From an uncultured Bacteroidota bacterium (GTDB lineage: Bacteria; Bacteroidota; Bacteroidia; Bacteroidales; UBA10428), in contig CAVTDR010000002.1 of the NCBI GenBank assembly GCA_963733535.1, positions 111,775-175,774 of the forward strand: a DNA stretch of 64,000 bases, written 5' to 3'. The position numbers and the translations under genes are program-made. Below, one piece after another: positions 47,592-57,796 of the stretch (position 1 is its first letter; each line of letters starts with the position of its first letter). The notes beneath the pieces were generated by a model that worked only from the letters and a program-made list of their open reading frames with translations, did not search any database and had not been told where the DNA came from.

Positions 47592-48682
47592 AGGTTTAGT
47601 TTAATTCGGTTTGCAGCCTCTTTTTTCTTTAAATCAATAACTTTTGCATATACTTCTGTTGTCTTTAGTTCTTTATGCCCCAACATTTTAGATACCGTAT
47701 AAATATCAGTTCCCAAAGTTAATTGAAGCGTTGCAAAAGTATGCCTTGCACAGTGAAAAGTTATATGCCTGTCAATTCCAGCCCTTAACATCCATTCTTT
47801 TATTAAATGATTGTTGTAATCGCTATAAACAAGGCCTAAAAATACCTTTTCTTCATTGCTTTTACGCTCACCAATAAGAGCTTCAACATCATCGGGAATA
47901 GGCAAGGTTTCCTGACCTTTGGTTTTCTTTTGTTTAAAGCGTAAGAAATAACCGGTTTCATTGGAGTGCTGCACTTCCTCCCAGGTTAGTTTTTCAATAT
48001 CAGAAAATCGCAATCCGGTAAGGGCACTAAATAAAAAAGCACGTTTTAAGGTTTCATTTTCACACATTGCTTTTGCTGCAGCTTGTAATTCTTCGTAAGT
48101 TAAAAATTCTCGTTTGGTTTCAGCTTCTTTAATGCTTTCGACATCTTCCGTAGGATTGCGCATGATGATACCATCTTTTACAGCTTGTTTCAAGGCCGCA
48201 CGAACCTTGTTAAAATATGAAACGCAGGAATTTTGTGATAATGCCCTTTTTCCGCTGGTTTTTGCTTCATGCACCAAGTATTCTTTGAAATCTTCAAGCC
48301 ATTTTTTATCAATTTCGGAAAACTTCACATTAGCACGGGGAAAGTTGCGCAAATGCTTTAACGCACTTAGCCAGTTTCCATAATTGCCGTCGCTTTCCTG
48401 TCGCTTATCAGCTAAAATCTCAAAATAAGTAATGAAATTTGAGTTCATTTTTTCGAGGTCGGCAAAACCGTAGGTGCCGTTTTGAATCTCAATTTGACGT
48501 TTGGCCCTTATACTTTCGGCTAATTTGAGTGTCTTGTTGTTCAATTCCCTTTCTTCGGGTGTCCTGGGCTTTGGTTTCAGGTACATGCCCAAATATTCAA
48601 GTTTGCGTTTACCTTTTTGGTAATAATCGAGGTAAAGACTGGTTTTACCGTTTTTGTCCCGTTGGCGTAATGCTACTTTCAT
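47588..48682 (-). CDS. Tyrosine site-specific integrase
   Basis: Contains LTGLRFSDI (R), HCARHTFAT (HxxR) and LGHKELKTTEVYAKV (H..Y). Confidence 0.9.
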   Translation of the reverse strand: MKVALRQRDKNGKTSLYLDYYQKGKRKLEYLGMYLKPKPRTPEERELNNKTLKLAESIRAKRQIEIQNGTYGFADLEKMNSNFITYFEILADKRQESDGNYGNWLSALKHLRNFPRANVKFSEIDKKWLEDFKEYLVHEAKTSGKRALSQNSCVSYFNKVRAALKQAVKDGIIMRNPTEDVESIKEAETKREFLTYEELQAAAKAMCENETLKRAFLFSALTGLRFSDIEKLTWEEVQHSNETGYFLRFKQKKTKGQETLPIPDDVEALIGERKSNEEKVFLGLVYSDYNNHLIKEWMLRAGIDRHITFHCARHTFATLQLTLGTDIYTVSKMLGHKELKTTEVYAKVIDLKKKEAANRIKLNL

Positions 48683-49029
48683 ATTGAAAAGAGTTTATCG
48701 ATTTCACTTCGTTTTATAATGGTCCTGCTGCCAATTTTAGCAGCAGTAAGTTTATTATCTGCAATAAGCCTGTAAATAGTCCATCGGCTGGCACCGATTA
48801 ACTGGCAAGTATCTTCCACGCTTAAAAATTCTTTTTGCTTTACAATAGGGTTGAATGGGGTTTGTTGCTTTTCCCTGTCGATGGCATTTAAGATTTTGCC
48901 ATCACGCTTGCGCTTTTTATAACTTCTCTTGGCGCACATATCAGAGCAAAATTGAGTAACAGTAGTCTTGGCGGTGAAGGATTTTCCGCAAAACTGACAG
49001 GTTTTATCTATGCGAATGTTACTACTCAT
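48679..49029 (-). CDS. Zinc-ribbon plus HTH_17 excisionase-like protein
   Basis: CQFCGK...CSDMC, then LSVEDTCQLIGASRWTIYRLI. It has a 4-nt overlap with int. Confidence 0.65.
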   Translation of the reverse strand: MSSNIRIDKTCQFCGKSFTAKTTVTQFCSDMCAKRSYKKRKRDGKILNAIDREKQQTPFNPIVKQKEFLSVEDTCQLIGASRWTIYRLIADNKLTAAKIGSRTIIKRSEIDKLFSI

Positions 49030-49122
49030 ATTTGTTGCTCCGTGTAGCTACATGTAGCAGAGTGTTGCTGTATGTAGCATAATTTCACCCTTAGTGTTGC
49101 CCGGCAACAAATATTGTTTTTA

Positions 49123-49143
49123 GGGCAACATATAGGCAACAAA
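49123..49143 (+). repeat. Arm-type direct repeat GGGCAACATATAGGCAACAAA (right end)
   Basis: Partner of 26530-26550. Surrounded by further GTTGC/GCAAC motifs (49030-49170). Confidence 0.7.
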
Positions 49144-49241
49144 TATAAACAAAAAAAGTGATTTTAGGCAACAGAAATGAGAAAATAAAACATTGTAAAT
49201 GCTAATAAATAGAGGCACTTAGATAAAAAGAAGAGTTAACT

Positions 49242-50645
49242 TTACTTTCCGATACAAAAATTCTTAAAGATATTCCCCAATACCTCGTCGGTGGTGATTT
49301 CACCGGTAATTTCACCCAGGTAATGAAGGGCTTCGCGGATATCCTGGGCGAGAAGGTCGCCGGGAAGGTTTTGATTTAACCCCGAATTTGCTCTTTTAAG
49401 AGCCTCCAGGGCATTTTTAAGGGCGTCGTAGTGACGTACGTTAGTAATGATAACATCGTTATCCTGGGTGGCGCTGATGCCTGAAATTTCAGTGAGTGCT
49501 TGTTCCAAAAGCAACAGGTTGGTACCGGATTTTGCTGAAAGTGGAATCAGTATTTCTCCGGGCGAAAGGAATTTCCTGAAAGCTTCGGCAGCCTGATGGA
49601 GTGCATCGGCAGGTAGTCGGTCGATTTTATTCAATACCACAATCCGTTTCGCCGCATCAGTAGATTCAGCCATTTTTGCTGCCAAAGCAACAATCTCCTG
49701 TGGATCATCCGAAGGATCCATCACCTGAATGATGATGGCAGCCTGTTCTATTTTTTCCCAGGTGCGCGCAATACCCAGTCGCTCAATAATATCTTCGGTA
49801 TGCCGTATTCCGGCAGTGTCAATCATTCGGAATGGCACACCCCGGATACTTATAACGTCTTCAATGGAGTCGCGTGTGGTACCGGCGATCTCTGAAACAA
49901 TGGCTTTTTCTTCACGGAGTAACAGATTCAGAAGGGTAGACTTACCTGCATTGGTATTTCCTATAATGGCTACCGGAATTCCCTGCTTGATCACATTTCC
50001 AAGGGCAAACGAATTGCTGAGGTTTTCCAGGGTGGAGATGAGATCATGGATAAGTTGCTGCAATTGCCGCCGGTCGGCAAACTCCACATCTTCCTCGCTA
50101 AAATCGAGTTCGAGTTCTACCAGTGATGTAAAGCTGAGCAATTTATCGCGCAGTTTCTTGATTTCTTTGGTAAATCCGCCCCGCATCTGATTCATGGCAA
50201 TGCGATGTGCTGCCTGTGATCCGGATGCAATCAGATCGGCCACCGCTTCCACCTGCGTAAGATCGAGCTTGCCGTTTAAAAAGGCCCGCATGGTAAATTC
50301 CCCTGCAGTGGCCATTCGTGCTCCGGATTCTACCAGCAGTTCCAGTATTTTCTTTTGAATATAGACAGAGCCATGACAGCTGATTTCTATAATATCTTCG
50401 CCCGAATAGGAATGGGGTGCACGAAACACTGCAGCAACAACCTGATCGATTACCTGATCGCATTCATATACCGAGCAGAAATGAATGGTATTGGCAGCTA
50501 CTTCCGAAAGCTTTTGTTTGGAAGGCAATCGAATTATTTTGTCACATATGGCCAACGTATTTTCCCCACTGCATCTGATTACAGCAATGGCCCCTTTGCC
50601 GGGTGGGGTAGAGATGGCACAAATGGTATCGTCTTTTGAATACAT
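49242..50645 (-). CDS. mnmE: tRNA modification GTPase MnmE
   Basis: Contains DTICAISTPPGKGAIAVIR, GNTNAGKSTLLN, DTAGIR and a C-terminal FCIGK. The ORF could start 7 codons earlier, at 50666. Confidence 0.9.
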   Translation of the reverse strand: MYSKDDTICAISTPPGKGAIAVIRCSGENTLAICDKIIRLPSKQKLSEVAANTIHFCSVYECDQVIDQVVAAVFRAPHSYSGEDIIEISCHGSVYIQKKILELLVESGARMATAGEFTMRAFLNGKLDLTQVEAVADLIASGSQAAHRIAMNQMRGGFTKEIKKLRDKLLSFTSLVELELDFSEEDVEFADRRQLQQLIHDLISTLENLSNSFALGNVIKQGIPVAIIGNTNAGKSTLLNLLLREEKAIVSEIAGTTRDSIEDVISIRGVPFRMIDTAGIRHTEDIIERLGIARTWEKIEQAAIIIQVMDPSDDPQEIVALAAKMAESTDAAKRIVVLNKIDRLPADALHQAAEAFRKFLSPGEILIPLSAKSGTNLLLLEQALTEISGISATQDNDVIITNVRHYDALKNALEALKRANSGLNQNLPGDLLAQDIREALHYLGEITGEITTDEVLGNIFKNFCIGK

Positions 50646-50777
50646 GAGGTTGATTCCGATGGACAAAGTTACAAACTATCGCGAAATTGTACGGCATAAT
50701 AATCAGATGCTTTAAAAGATGCCGGGCCGGGACTTATTTTTGCAAAAAGATTTTGATTCCTTTATCTTTATGTTTTA

Positions 50778-51674
50778 TTGAATCTTATGAGTACTCCTGT
50801 TATTTCGATCCGGCAGCTTTCCAAACGATACGGTAAAGCGCGGGGAATTGAAGACGTTAGTCTGGAAGTTCCGGAAAACGATATTTTTGGATTCATCGGT
50901 CCCAATGGCGCCGGTAAATCCACCACCATCCGGATTTTATTGAATCTGATATTTCCGAATTCCGGCACAGCACGAATCATGGATATGGACGTTTCCAGGC
51001 AGCACAAATCCATTATGCAACATGTAGGTTATATACCTTCAGATGCCAATATTTACGCGGGTCTTAAAGTAAAGGAGTTTCTCCGGTATTGCAGTAATTT
51101 TTATGAGCAGAAACCGGATACAAAACGGATATCTGATCTCTGCGCCTGGTTTGAGCTTGATATAGAACGGAACGTATCTGAATTGTCACTCGGCAATAAA
51201 AAAAAGGTTTCAATAGTGCAAAGCCTTATTCACAGCCCAAAATTATTGATTTTGGATGAACCCACTACCGGATTGGATCCCTTGATGCAGTCGCGATTTT
51301 TTGAATTGATCCGGAATGAGCATAAAAAGGGCATGACGGTTTTCTTTTCTTCCCATAATCTCAGTGAGGTACAAAGCCTGTGTAAAAGCGTGGCCATTAT
51401 CAGAGAGGGAAGAATTATTAAAGTGGAAGAAATTGATACACTTCGCAAAAAACAATTGAAGAAAATACAGATCGAATTTTCCAATTCTTCAGATCTCTCA
51501 GCTTTTTCCCTGAAAGATGCTGCACAAAATCTGATTGTTTCAGGTAATACAGCATCATTTATGTATTCCGGCGATGTAAATGATTTTATTAAGGCTTTGC
51601 AAAACAAACCTATAAAATATCTTACCATTGAAGAGCCCAGTCTGGAAGAGATTTTTATGCATTATTATAATTGA
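50778..51674 (+). CDS. ABC transporter ATP-binding protein
   Basis: GPNGAGKSTT, LSLGNKKKV and LILDEPTTGLD. Confidence 0.9.
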   Translation: MNLMSTPVISIRQLSKRYGKARGIEDVSLEVPENDIFGFIGPNGAGKSTTIRILLNLIFPNSGTARIMDMDVSRQHKSIMQHVGYIPSDANIYAGLKVKEFLRYCSNFYEQKPDTKRISDLCAWFELDIERNVSELSLGNKKKVSIVQSLIHSPKLLILDEPTTGLDPLMQSRFFELIRNEHKKGMTVFFSSHNLSEVQSLCKSVAIIREGRIIKVEEIDTLRKKQLKKIQIEFSNSSDLSAFSLKDAAQNLIVSGNTASFMYSGDVNDFIKALQNKPIKYLTIEEPSLEEIFMHYYN

Positions 51675-52492
51675 ACCGTTGCATGAATAAGAACTTATTT
51701 TTTAGAGAGCTGCGTTTTGGTTCGGTCAGTTTCCTTTTATGGACTGCCATCATTTCGGTTCTGATTGGGATGACGCTTTCCGTATTTCCGACATTTATGG
51801 AAAACCAGTCGAAAGTGATGGGAATGATCAGCCTGATGCCAAAATCCGCACTCGAATTTAAAGGGATCTCCAATGTAGCAGATCTAACGTCTGTATTGGG
51901 CTTTTATTCGATAAACAACATCATCTACATGATGGTATTGGGCAGCATTTTCAGTATGGTTTTATCTTCTAATATATTGCTGAAAGAATCCTATCATAAA
52001 ACAGCGGAATATCTGATGACAAAACCTTTGACCCGGACCCGGATTTTTTTAACAAAGGGGGGCGTGGTTGTTTTGCAGGTAGTATTGTTAAATGCGATTA
52101 CGGCAACAATAGGTTTTGTAAGTATGAAAATGGTTCAGCAGGGAAATTTAAATGTGCGTTCCTTTTTGATTTTATCTGTGTACACATGCCTATTGAATCT
52201 TTTCTTTGCTGCCTTGGGCTGGTTTCTTTCCATGCTGGTAAAAAGGCCCCGGTCGATCACTACGCTGGGTATCGGAATTGTATTGTTTTGTTACTTTCTG
52301 TTTACCATATCAAAAATAACGGAGGGAGCTTCAAAGATAGGCTATATAAGTCCCTATAAATACGTGCGTACCGATATTTCAGCTGCTGATTATTCTCTGG
52401 ATGGCTGGCGTATGATTTTTTTCATTGGTATACCGTTACTTCTAACACTGATTTCATATGGAATTTACCGGAAAAAGGATATCTATACTTAG
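51671..52492 (+). CDS. ABC-2-type permease
   Basis: 273 aa with 6 TM segments and a 4-nt overlap with the ATPase gene. Confidence 0.7.
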   Translation: MNRCMNKNLFFRELRFGSVSFLLWTAIISVLIGMTLSVFPTFMENQSKVMGMISLMPKSALEFKGISNVADLTSVLGFYSINNIIYMMVLGSIFSMVLSSNILLKESYHKTAEYLMTKPLTRTRIFLTKGGVVVLQVVLLNAITATIGFVSMKMVQQGNLNVRSFLILSVYTCLLNLFFAALGWFLSMLVKRPRSITTLGIGIVLFCYFLFTISKITEGASKIGYISPYKYVRTDISAADYSLDGWRMIFFIGIPLLLTLISYGIYRKKDIYT

Positions 52493-52584
52493 GGTTTAAC
52501 GGATTCCATCAGTTTTTTTATTTGAAGGGCCAAACAAATCATTTTTATATTATTTTTGACGATCTTTCATAAAAAAAGGGTTAA

Positions 52585-53460
52585 ATGAGTATTCTGGTCA
52601 ATAAAAATTCGCGGGTCATTGTGCAGGGCTTTACAGGTGGAGAAGGCACTTTTCATGCACAGCAGATGATAGAGTATGGAACACAGGTAGTAGGTGGTAT
52701 TACCCCTGGGAAAGGCGGACAAAAGCATCTCGATCGGCCCGTATTTAATACGGTTGCGGATTCTGTAAAAGAAACAGGAGCAGATACTTCAATTATATTC
52801 GTACCTTCTGCATTTGCAGCAGATGCCATTATGGAAGCAGCAGAAGCCGGTATTAAAGTAGTTGTTTGCATAACAGAGGGAATTCCAACCCTGGATATGG
52901 TTAAGGTAAAACAATATCTTACCGGCAGGAATACCCGACTGATTGGACCGAACTGTCCCGGTATCATCACACCCGGTGAAGCCAAGGTAGGTATTATGCC
53001 CGGATTTATTCATAAAAAAGGCCACATAGGAATTGTATCCCGTTCGGGAACCCTCACTTATGAGGCTGTTGATCAGGTTACCAAAGCTGGTATGGGACAA
53101 TCCACATGCATTGGTATTGGTGGCGACCCGATCATCGGAACCACCACGTTGGATGCCATCAAACTGTTTATGGAAGATGCAGAAACAGAAGGTATTATCA
53201 TGATTGGGGAGATTGGTGGCAGTATGGAACCTGATGCTGCACGCTGGATTAAAGAAAACGGAAAGAAACCGGTTGTTGGGTTTATTGCAGGGCAAACTGC
53301 ACCAAAAGGAAGAAGAATGGGTCATGCCGGTGCTATTATTGGTGGTGCTGAAGATACAGCAGCAGCAAAAATGAAGATTATGCAGGAATGTGGGATTTTT
53401 GTCGTGGAGTCACCGGCCAATATTGCTGCAACTATGGTTAAGGCAATTAAAAACAGATAA
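52585..53460 (+). CDS. sucD: Succinate--CoA ligase subunit alpha
   Basis: [32 protein letters not shown] and GHAGAII. Confidence 0.95.
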   Translation: MSILVNKNSRVIVQGFTGGEGTFHAQQMIEYGTQVVGGITPGKGGQKHLDRPVFNTVADSVKETGADTSIIFVPSAFAADAIMEAAEAGIKVVVCITEGIPTLDMVKVKQYLTGRNTRLIGPNCPGIITPGEAKVGIMPGFIHKKGHIGIVSRSGTLTYEAVDQVTKAGMGQSTCIGIGGDPIIGTTTLDAIKLFMEDAETEGIIMIGEIGGSMEPDAARWIKENGKKPVVGFIAGQTAPKGRRMGHAGAIIGGAEDTAAAKMKIMQECGIFVVESPANIAATMVKAIKNR

Positions 53461-53465
53461 ATACT

Positions 53466-54023
53466 ATGCAGGTTAAAGGCACCGCACTTCGGACGACCCG
53501 GGATTTTGTCCGTACAAATTTCACCGGATCGTATGATAAATGGTTGAATTCACTGACTCCGGAATCTCAAAAAATCTTTACTTCCACTCTGGATGCCACA
53601 GCCTGGTATTCCTTTAAGGATGGCTACTTAGTTCCTGTTGGAAAAATCATGGAATTATTTTACAATGGAGATAAAAAACGTGGAGGAGATGAACTGGGAA
53701 GCTGGAGTGCTGAGCTTGGCTTGAAAGGCTTCTACAAGGTTTTTCTATTGATTGCATCCCCCCAATTTCTCTTACAGCGGGCTTCCAAAATCTTTACAAC
53801 CTTTTATGAGCCGAGTCAGATTGAGGCTACCATTATTGGTAACAATCAGGCCATTCTGCGGATAATCAAATTTGATGAAATTGATGAAGCTGTAGAATAC
53901 AGGATTGCTGGCTGGACGCGTAAAGCGCTCGAACTTGCAAATTGTAAGGAGCCAACTTACGAGATTAAAAAATTTCTCTCTAAAGGGGATAGTTCAACAG
54001 AAATTCATTTTTACTGGCAGTAA
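53466..54023 (+). CDS. Hypothetical protein (possibly DUF2378-like)
   Basis: 185-aa ORF lying 5 nt after sucD. The family recall is uncertain. Confidence 0.45.
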   Translation: MQVKGTALRTTRDFVRTNFTGSYDKWLNSLTPESQKIFTSTLDATAWYSFKDGYLVPVGKIMELFYNGDKKRGGDELGSWSAELGLKGFYKVFLLIASPQFLLQRASKIFTTFYEPSQIEATIIGNNQAILRIIKFDEIDEAVEYRIAGWTRKALELANCKEPTYEIKKFLSKGDSSTEIHFYWQ

Positions 54024-54025
54024 TT

Positions 54026-54769
54026 TTACTGCTCAAGTGCTTTAAAATTCCATTTGGTAAAATCCTTGCTGCTTTCCAGTTTGGTTTCAAGTTCGTCGGG
54101 AAGCGCAGGAAAAAAATCAATCCCGGTAATTTTTTCCAATTCGTCCACTGAAACAGCAAATGCTCTGGGTGCACCTGAAGCCACATTGCTGCGCAATACA
54201 AAGGCAATGGCACGTTCACCGGTTACATCAAGAAGAACTTTGTAATAGCGTTCAGGAATACTGATTTTATTCGATCCGAATGTACCAAACGGGGCATCAG
54301 TTAAAACCGGACCGGCGACAATATAAAGGGTATTTCCTTCAGCTGCCCATTCACGGATGAGCATTTCCATTTTCTTCCATACATTTTTATTGAATACGGG
54401 TTTATGAGGAACCGTATTGGATGTGAGGAAAGTTTCTTCCACTGCCTTTTGTAAAGTAAACATATCTTCGGGTGGAACCAACTGGCCCATGATAAATCCT
54501 GCGTCTTTATAGTCTTTCACAGATGGAGAGCCTGTAGTGACCAGTGGGTCTTCGGTGTATTTTTCTTTAAATGTACCTGTTACCCTGGCTTGCTCGGGCG
54601 TCAGCTGATAAGCCGCCCACGAGGGAAGCTCATATCCTTCGTTATATGAAAGTGTAAACATAGTGTGTTTTACCAGTTGTTCACGGACTCCGGTGGCAGG
54701 CAATTCATATTGCTGGGCAATCGAAGGTAAACACAATGCTCCTGCGATTATGAGAATAAATGGCTTCAT
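54026..54769 (-). CDS. DNA/RNA non-specific endonuclease-like protein lacking the DRGH catalytic motif
   Basis: Signal peptide and a family-like layout (YELPSWAAYQLT, ..TSNTVPHKPVFNKNVW..). AGFIMGQLVPP occupies the position where SGYDRGHLAP is expected. Confidence 0.6.
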   Translation of the reverse strand: MKPFILIIAGALCLPSIAQQYELPATGVREQLVKHTMFTLSYNEGYELPSWAAYQLTPEQARVTGTFKEKYTEDPLVTTGSPSVKDYKDAGFIMGQLVPPEDMFTLQKAVEETFLTSNTVPHKPVFNKNVWKKMEMLIREWAAEGNTLYIVAGPVLTDAPFGTFGSNKISIPERYYKVLLDVTGERAIAFVLRSNVASGAPRAFAVSVDELEKITGIDFFPALPDELETKLESSKDFTKWNFKALEQ

Positions 54770-54844
54770 GGAATTTTCAGTTTGATATTCTCTTACGAAA
54801 TAATACTGATTTGGGTTCTCCTTTCTCCTTTTTCCTTTTCCCTT

Positions 54845-57784
54845 CTAATATCTCGGGTCCTTACAAAACGGCAATTTCGCCATTTTTTCCACGGTAATTG
54901 AGGGAAAGCCAAATTCTTCGGTAACCAATCCCAGAATCAGGTATACACCATAACCCCGAAAGGGATATTGCTTTAATGAATTGGGGAAATTTACCGTATC
55001 AAAGAAAGCGCCCTGAGTATCCAGAAAGCATCCGAAATGCATCCATTCCCCTTTCACGGTATGTACGTATTTGATGGTTACCAGATTTCCAAGCATTTTT
55101 ACTTTTTTACCCACGTGCTGCATCAGATCGGAAGCCACAATATTTCCTCTGAATCCGGTTTCGAGCATTTCAAAACGTGTCATGGAAATCGGAAAGCCGA
55201 GCAGTTCAATTTCATCATATGCATCTTCAATCCGGGTTTGCTCGAGTTGGGGCAACCGGAATTCCTTTGGTTTTTCACAGAATAATGCAGGCATATCTGT
55301 ATCTCCCTTGCTGGCCCCCAGAAATAAATGGGCATCCCACAACAGCTCTTTTTTTGGTTTTCCGGTAAAGCGAAAGGCATCGAGGCGGATAAGAATTACC
55401 AGCTGCTCAATTCCTATAGGTACGCGACGGATAAAATCCTCCAGGTTAAGAAAGACACCGTTATTTTTGCGTTCATTCAGGATGGATTCCGTTACTTTGC
55501 TTTCCAGGTTAGCAATATGGATGAATCCCACATACACCTCACTGCCGTAAATACAGGTTTTGAGTGTGCTTTTGTTGACGCAGGGAAGGTGAATGGAGGC
55601 ACCCGATCGTTGAGCCTCGTTGAAATAAACCCAGGTATGGTAAAACCCGCCGAAATTATTGATTACGGCAACCATAAACTCGAGTGGATAATACGTTTTC
55701 AGAAACAGGCTTTGATAACTTTCTACGGCATACGATGCAGAATGTGCTTTTGAAAAGGCATATCCGGCAAACGATGCTACCTGACGCCATACTTCTGATG
55801 TAAGCGATTGGGGATATCCGCGTTCGTCGCAATTGTCGAAAAATCGCTGACGGATCCGCTCAAATTCTCCTTTGGAACGGAATTTTCCCGCCATGGCCCT
55901 TCTCAGTATGTCGGCATCAGCAAGGTCAAGTCCTGCGAAATGATGACAGATTTTAATTACATCCTCCTGATATACCATAACACCGAAAGTTTCATTCAGT
56001 TGCTGTTCCATAACAGGATGCAGGTAATTGATATGTTGCGGGTTATGAAAACGCTTGATATACTCCTTCATCATTCCCGATTTGGCCACTCCGGGCCGGA
56101 TAATGGAACTGGCGGCGACGAGGGTAAGGTAATTATCGCATCGGAGTTTTTTAAGAAGTCCCCGCATGGCGGGACTTTCGATATAAAAACATCCAATGGC
56201 TTCTCCGTTGTAAAGGCGATGATTGACCTTCTCGTCTTTTTTGAAGTCCGCAATCCGGTGCACATCTACTTTAACACCCCGGTTATGCCGGATGATATCC
56301 ACGCTTTCATTGATGTGTCCGATGCCGCGCTGACTCAGGATGTCGAGTTTTTCAAAACCGATGGCTTCGGCCACATACATATCGAACTGGGTAGTCGGAA
56401 ATCCTTTTGGAGGAAGGTCCAACGCCGTATAACAGGTAATGGGCTCTTCGGAGATCAGTACACCTCCGGCATGAATGCTCCTGCTGTTGGGATAGTCCAT
56501 CAATTGGTTTCCCATATGGAAAATGTTCCCGGTTATATCATCCGCATGCGCAGATGCCGGCGCATCCACAAGCTTATCGATTTCCTCCTTAGGCAATCCA
56601 TACACCTTTCCCAGTTCGCGGAATATCGACCGGTCCCGAAATGTCGTAACCGTACCCAGTAAGGCTGTATGCTTATTGCCGTAGCGCTTGAAGATATAAT
56701 CCTGTATCTCGTCACGGTCGCGCCATGAAAAGTCGATATCAAAATCGGGTGGGGAAGTCCTTTTGGGATTAATAAACCGCTCGAAATACAGGTTTAGCTC
56801 AATGGGGTCCACGTCGGTAATTTTCAGACAGTAGGCTACAATGCTGTTTGCTCCGCTACCGCGACCCACATGATAAAAGCCACGGCTCATTGAATACCGG
56901 ATGATGTCCCAGGTGATCAGAAAATAGGATGAAAACCCCAGTTTGTCAATCACTTCCAGTTCATGAAGGATTCTTTTGCGTGCTTCCTTATGATTGGATC
57001 CATAGCGGTAGGCCATGCCATCGAAGGCCAGTTTTTCAAGCAAGAGTTTGTCGTCGTAACGGCTCGCTGTAAAGATGCGTTTGTTCTTAACGGAGTTAAA
57101 GTCCATGCGGATTTCACAGGCATCTATCAGTCGCTCAGTATTCCTGACAATCTGAGGATAATCAGAATAGATAATGGATACGAAATCCTGAGGTAAAAAA
57201 ACCTCTTTTGGTGAGGCAATATCGGCAGAGGTAACTTTGCTCAGGAGGGTATTTTTTCCGATAGCGCGAAGATGACGGTGCAGTTCAAACTCTTCTTTAC
57301 ACGCAAAGGTAACCGGAAGCAAGGCGATCAGATGTTGCTCATAATAGCGGTAGCGCGAACGAACCAGCTTATTAATCTCTCCGGGCTGGATGCCTATAAA
57401 CTCGTTCTCTTCGGGTTTAAAAGAGACAGGATTGTTAAAGGGATAAATGACATTCACGTCATTGAACCGGGGGGCACGAAGTGGGAGGGGTATCTTATCG
57501 AGATTGTGACGGGTAAGAAAGTCATTTATTTCCCGGAATCCATTATTATTTCGTGCAATGGCGATGTATAACAAATGAAATTGCGCATCGCGGAATTCAA
57601 TTCCAGCAATGGGTTTAATGTTTGCCTTCCTGCATTCGCTGATAAAGTCCATCATCCCCATGGTGTTATTGATGTCTGTCATTGCCAGCGCATGCACATT
57701 ATTCTTTTGCGCTTCTGCAACCAGTTTTTCCACAGGCATTGTTCCATATTGCAGGCTATAATATGAATGGCAGTTTAGAAACAT
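54845..57784 (-). CDS. dnaE2: Error-prone DNA polymerase III alpha-type subunit
   Basis: PHP N-terminus MFLNCHSYYSLQYGT.., about 979 aa, adjacent to dinB and an S24 repressor. The first 30 codons of the ORF-track ORF lie in a repeat element and are excluded. Confidence 0.85.
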   Translation of the reverse strand: MFLNCHSYYSLQYGTMPVEKLVAEAQKNNVHALAMTDINNTMGMMDFISECRKANIKPIAGIEFRDAQFHLLYIAIARNNNGFREINDFLTRHNLDKIPLPLRAPRFNDVNVIYPFNNPVSFKPEENEFIGIQPGEINKLVRSRYRYYEQHLIALLPVTFACKEEFELHRHLRAIGKNTLLSKVTSADIASPKEVFLPQDFVSIIYSDYPQIVRNTERLIDACEIRMDFNSVKNKRIFTASRYDDKLLLEKLAFDGMAYRYGSNHKEARKRILHELEVIDKLGFSSYFLITWDIIRYSMSRGFYHVGRGSGANSIVAYCLKITDVDPIELNLYFERFINPKRTSPPDFDIDFSWRDRDEIQDYIFKRYGNKHTALLGTVTTFRDRSIFRELGKVYGLPKEEIDKLVDAPASAHADDITGNIFHMGNQLMDYPNSRSIHAGGVLISEEPITCYTALDLPPKGFPTTQFDMYVAEAIGFEKLDILSQRGIGHINESVDIIRHNRGVKVDVHRIADFKKDEKVNHRLYNGEAIGCFYIESPAMRGLLKKLRCDNYLTLVAASSIIRPGVAKSGMMKEYIKRFHNPQHINYLHPVMEQQLNETFGVMVYQEDVIKICHHFAGLDLADADILRRAMAGKFRSKGEFERIRQRFFDNCDERGYPQSLTSEVWRQVASFAGYAFSKAHSASYAVESYQSLFLKTYYPLEFMVAVINNFGGFYHTWVYFNEAQRSGASIHLPCVNKSTLKTCIYGSEVYVGFIHIANLESKVTESILNERKNNGVFLNLEDFIRRVPIGIEQLVILIRLDAFRFTGKPKKELLWDAHLFLGASKGDTDMPALFCEKPKEFRLPQLEQTRIEDAYDEIELLGFPISMTRFEMLETGFRGNIVASDLMQHVGKKVKMLGNLVTIKYVHTVKGEWMHFGCFLDTQGAFFDTVNFPNSLKQYPFRGYGVYLILGLVTEEFGFPSITVEKMAKLPFCKDPRY

Positions 57785-57796
57785 GAGGGGGTACAG

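Larger units (their letters stand above)
26489..49256. mobile_element. Integrative element of about 22.8 kb inserted in the 3' end of mnmE
   Basis: Duplicated mnmE end and core. An integrase/HTH_17 module sits at the mnmE-proximal end, and arm-type direct repeats sit inside both ends. The cargo is visibly more AT-rich than the flanks. Confidence 0.7.

Noticed and set aside
52585-53460. sucD without an adjacent sucC
   Set aside because: Separated sucC and sucD genes are, as far as I recall, common in Bacteroidota, so I did not treat this as an anomaly.
55808-56662. 284-aa plus-strand ORF, and several others (55071-55550, 55328-55753, 57272-57571), inside dnaE2
   Set aside because: These are antisense shadow ORFs within a well-supported long CDS and have no motifs. 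The same reasoning applies to shadow ORFs inside katG, sucD (52789-53325), mnmE (49729-50190), the GH42 gene and the 25486-26433 gene.
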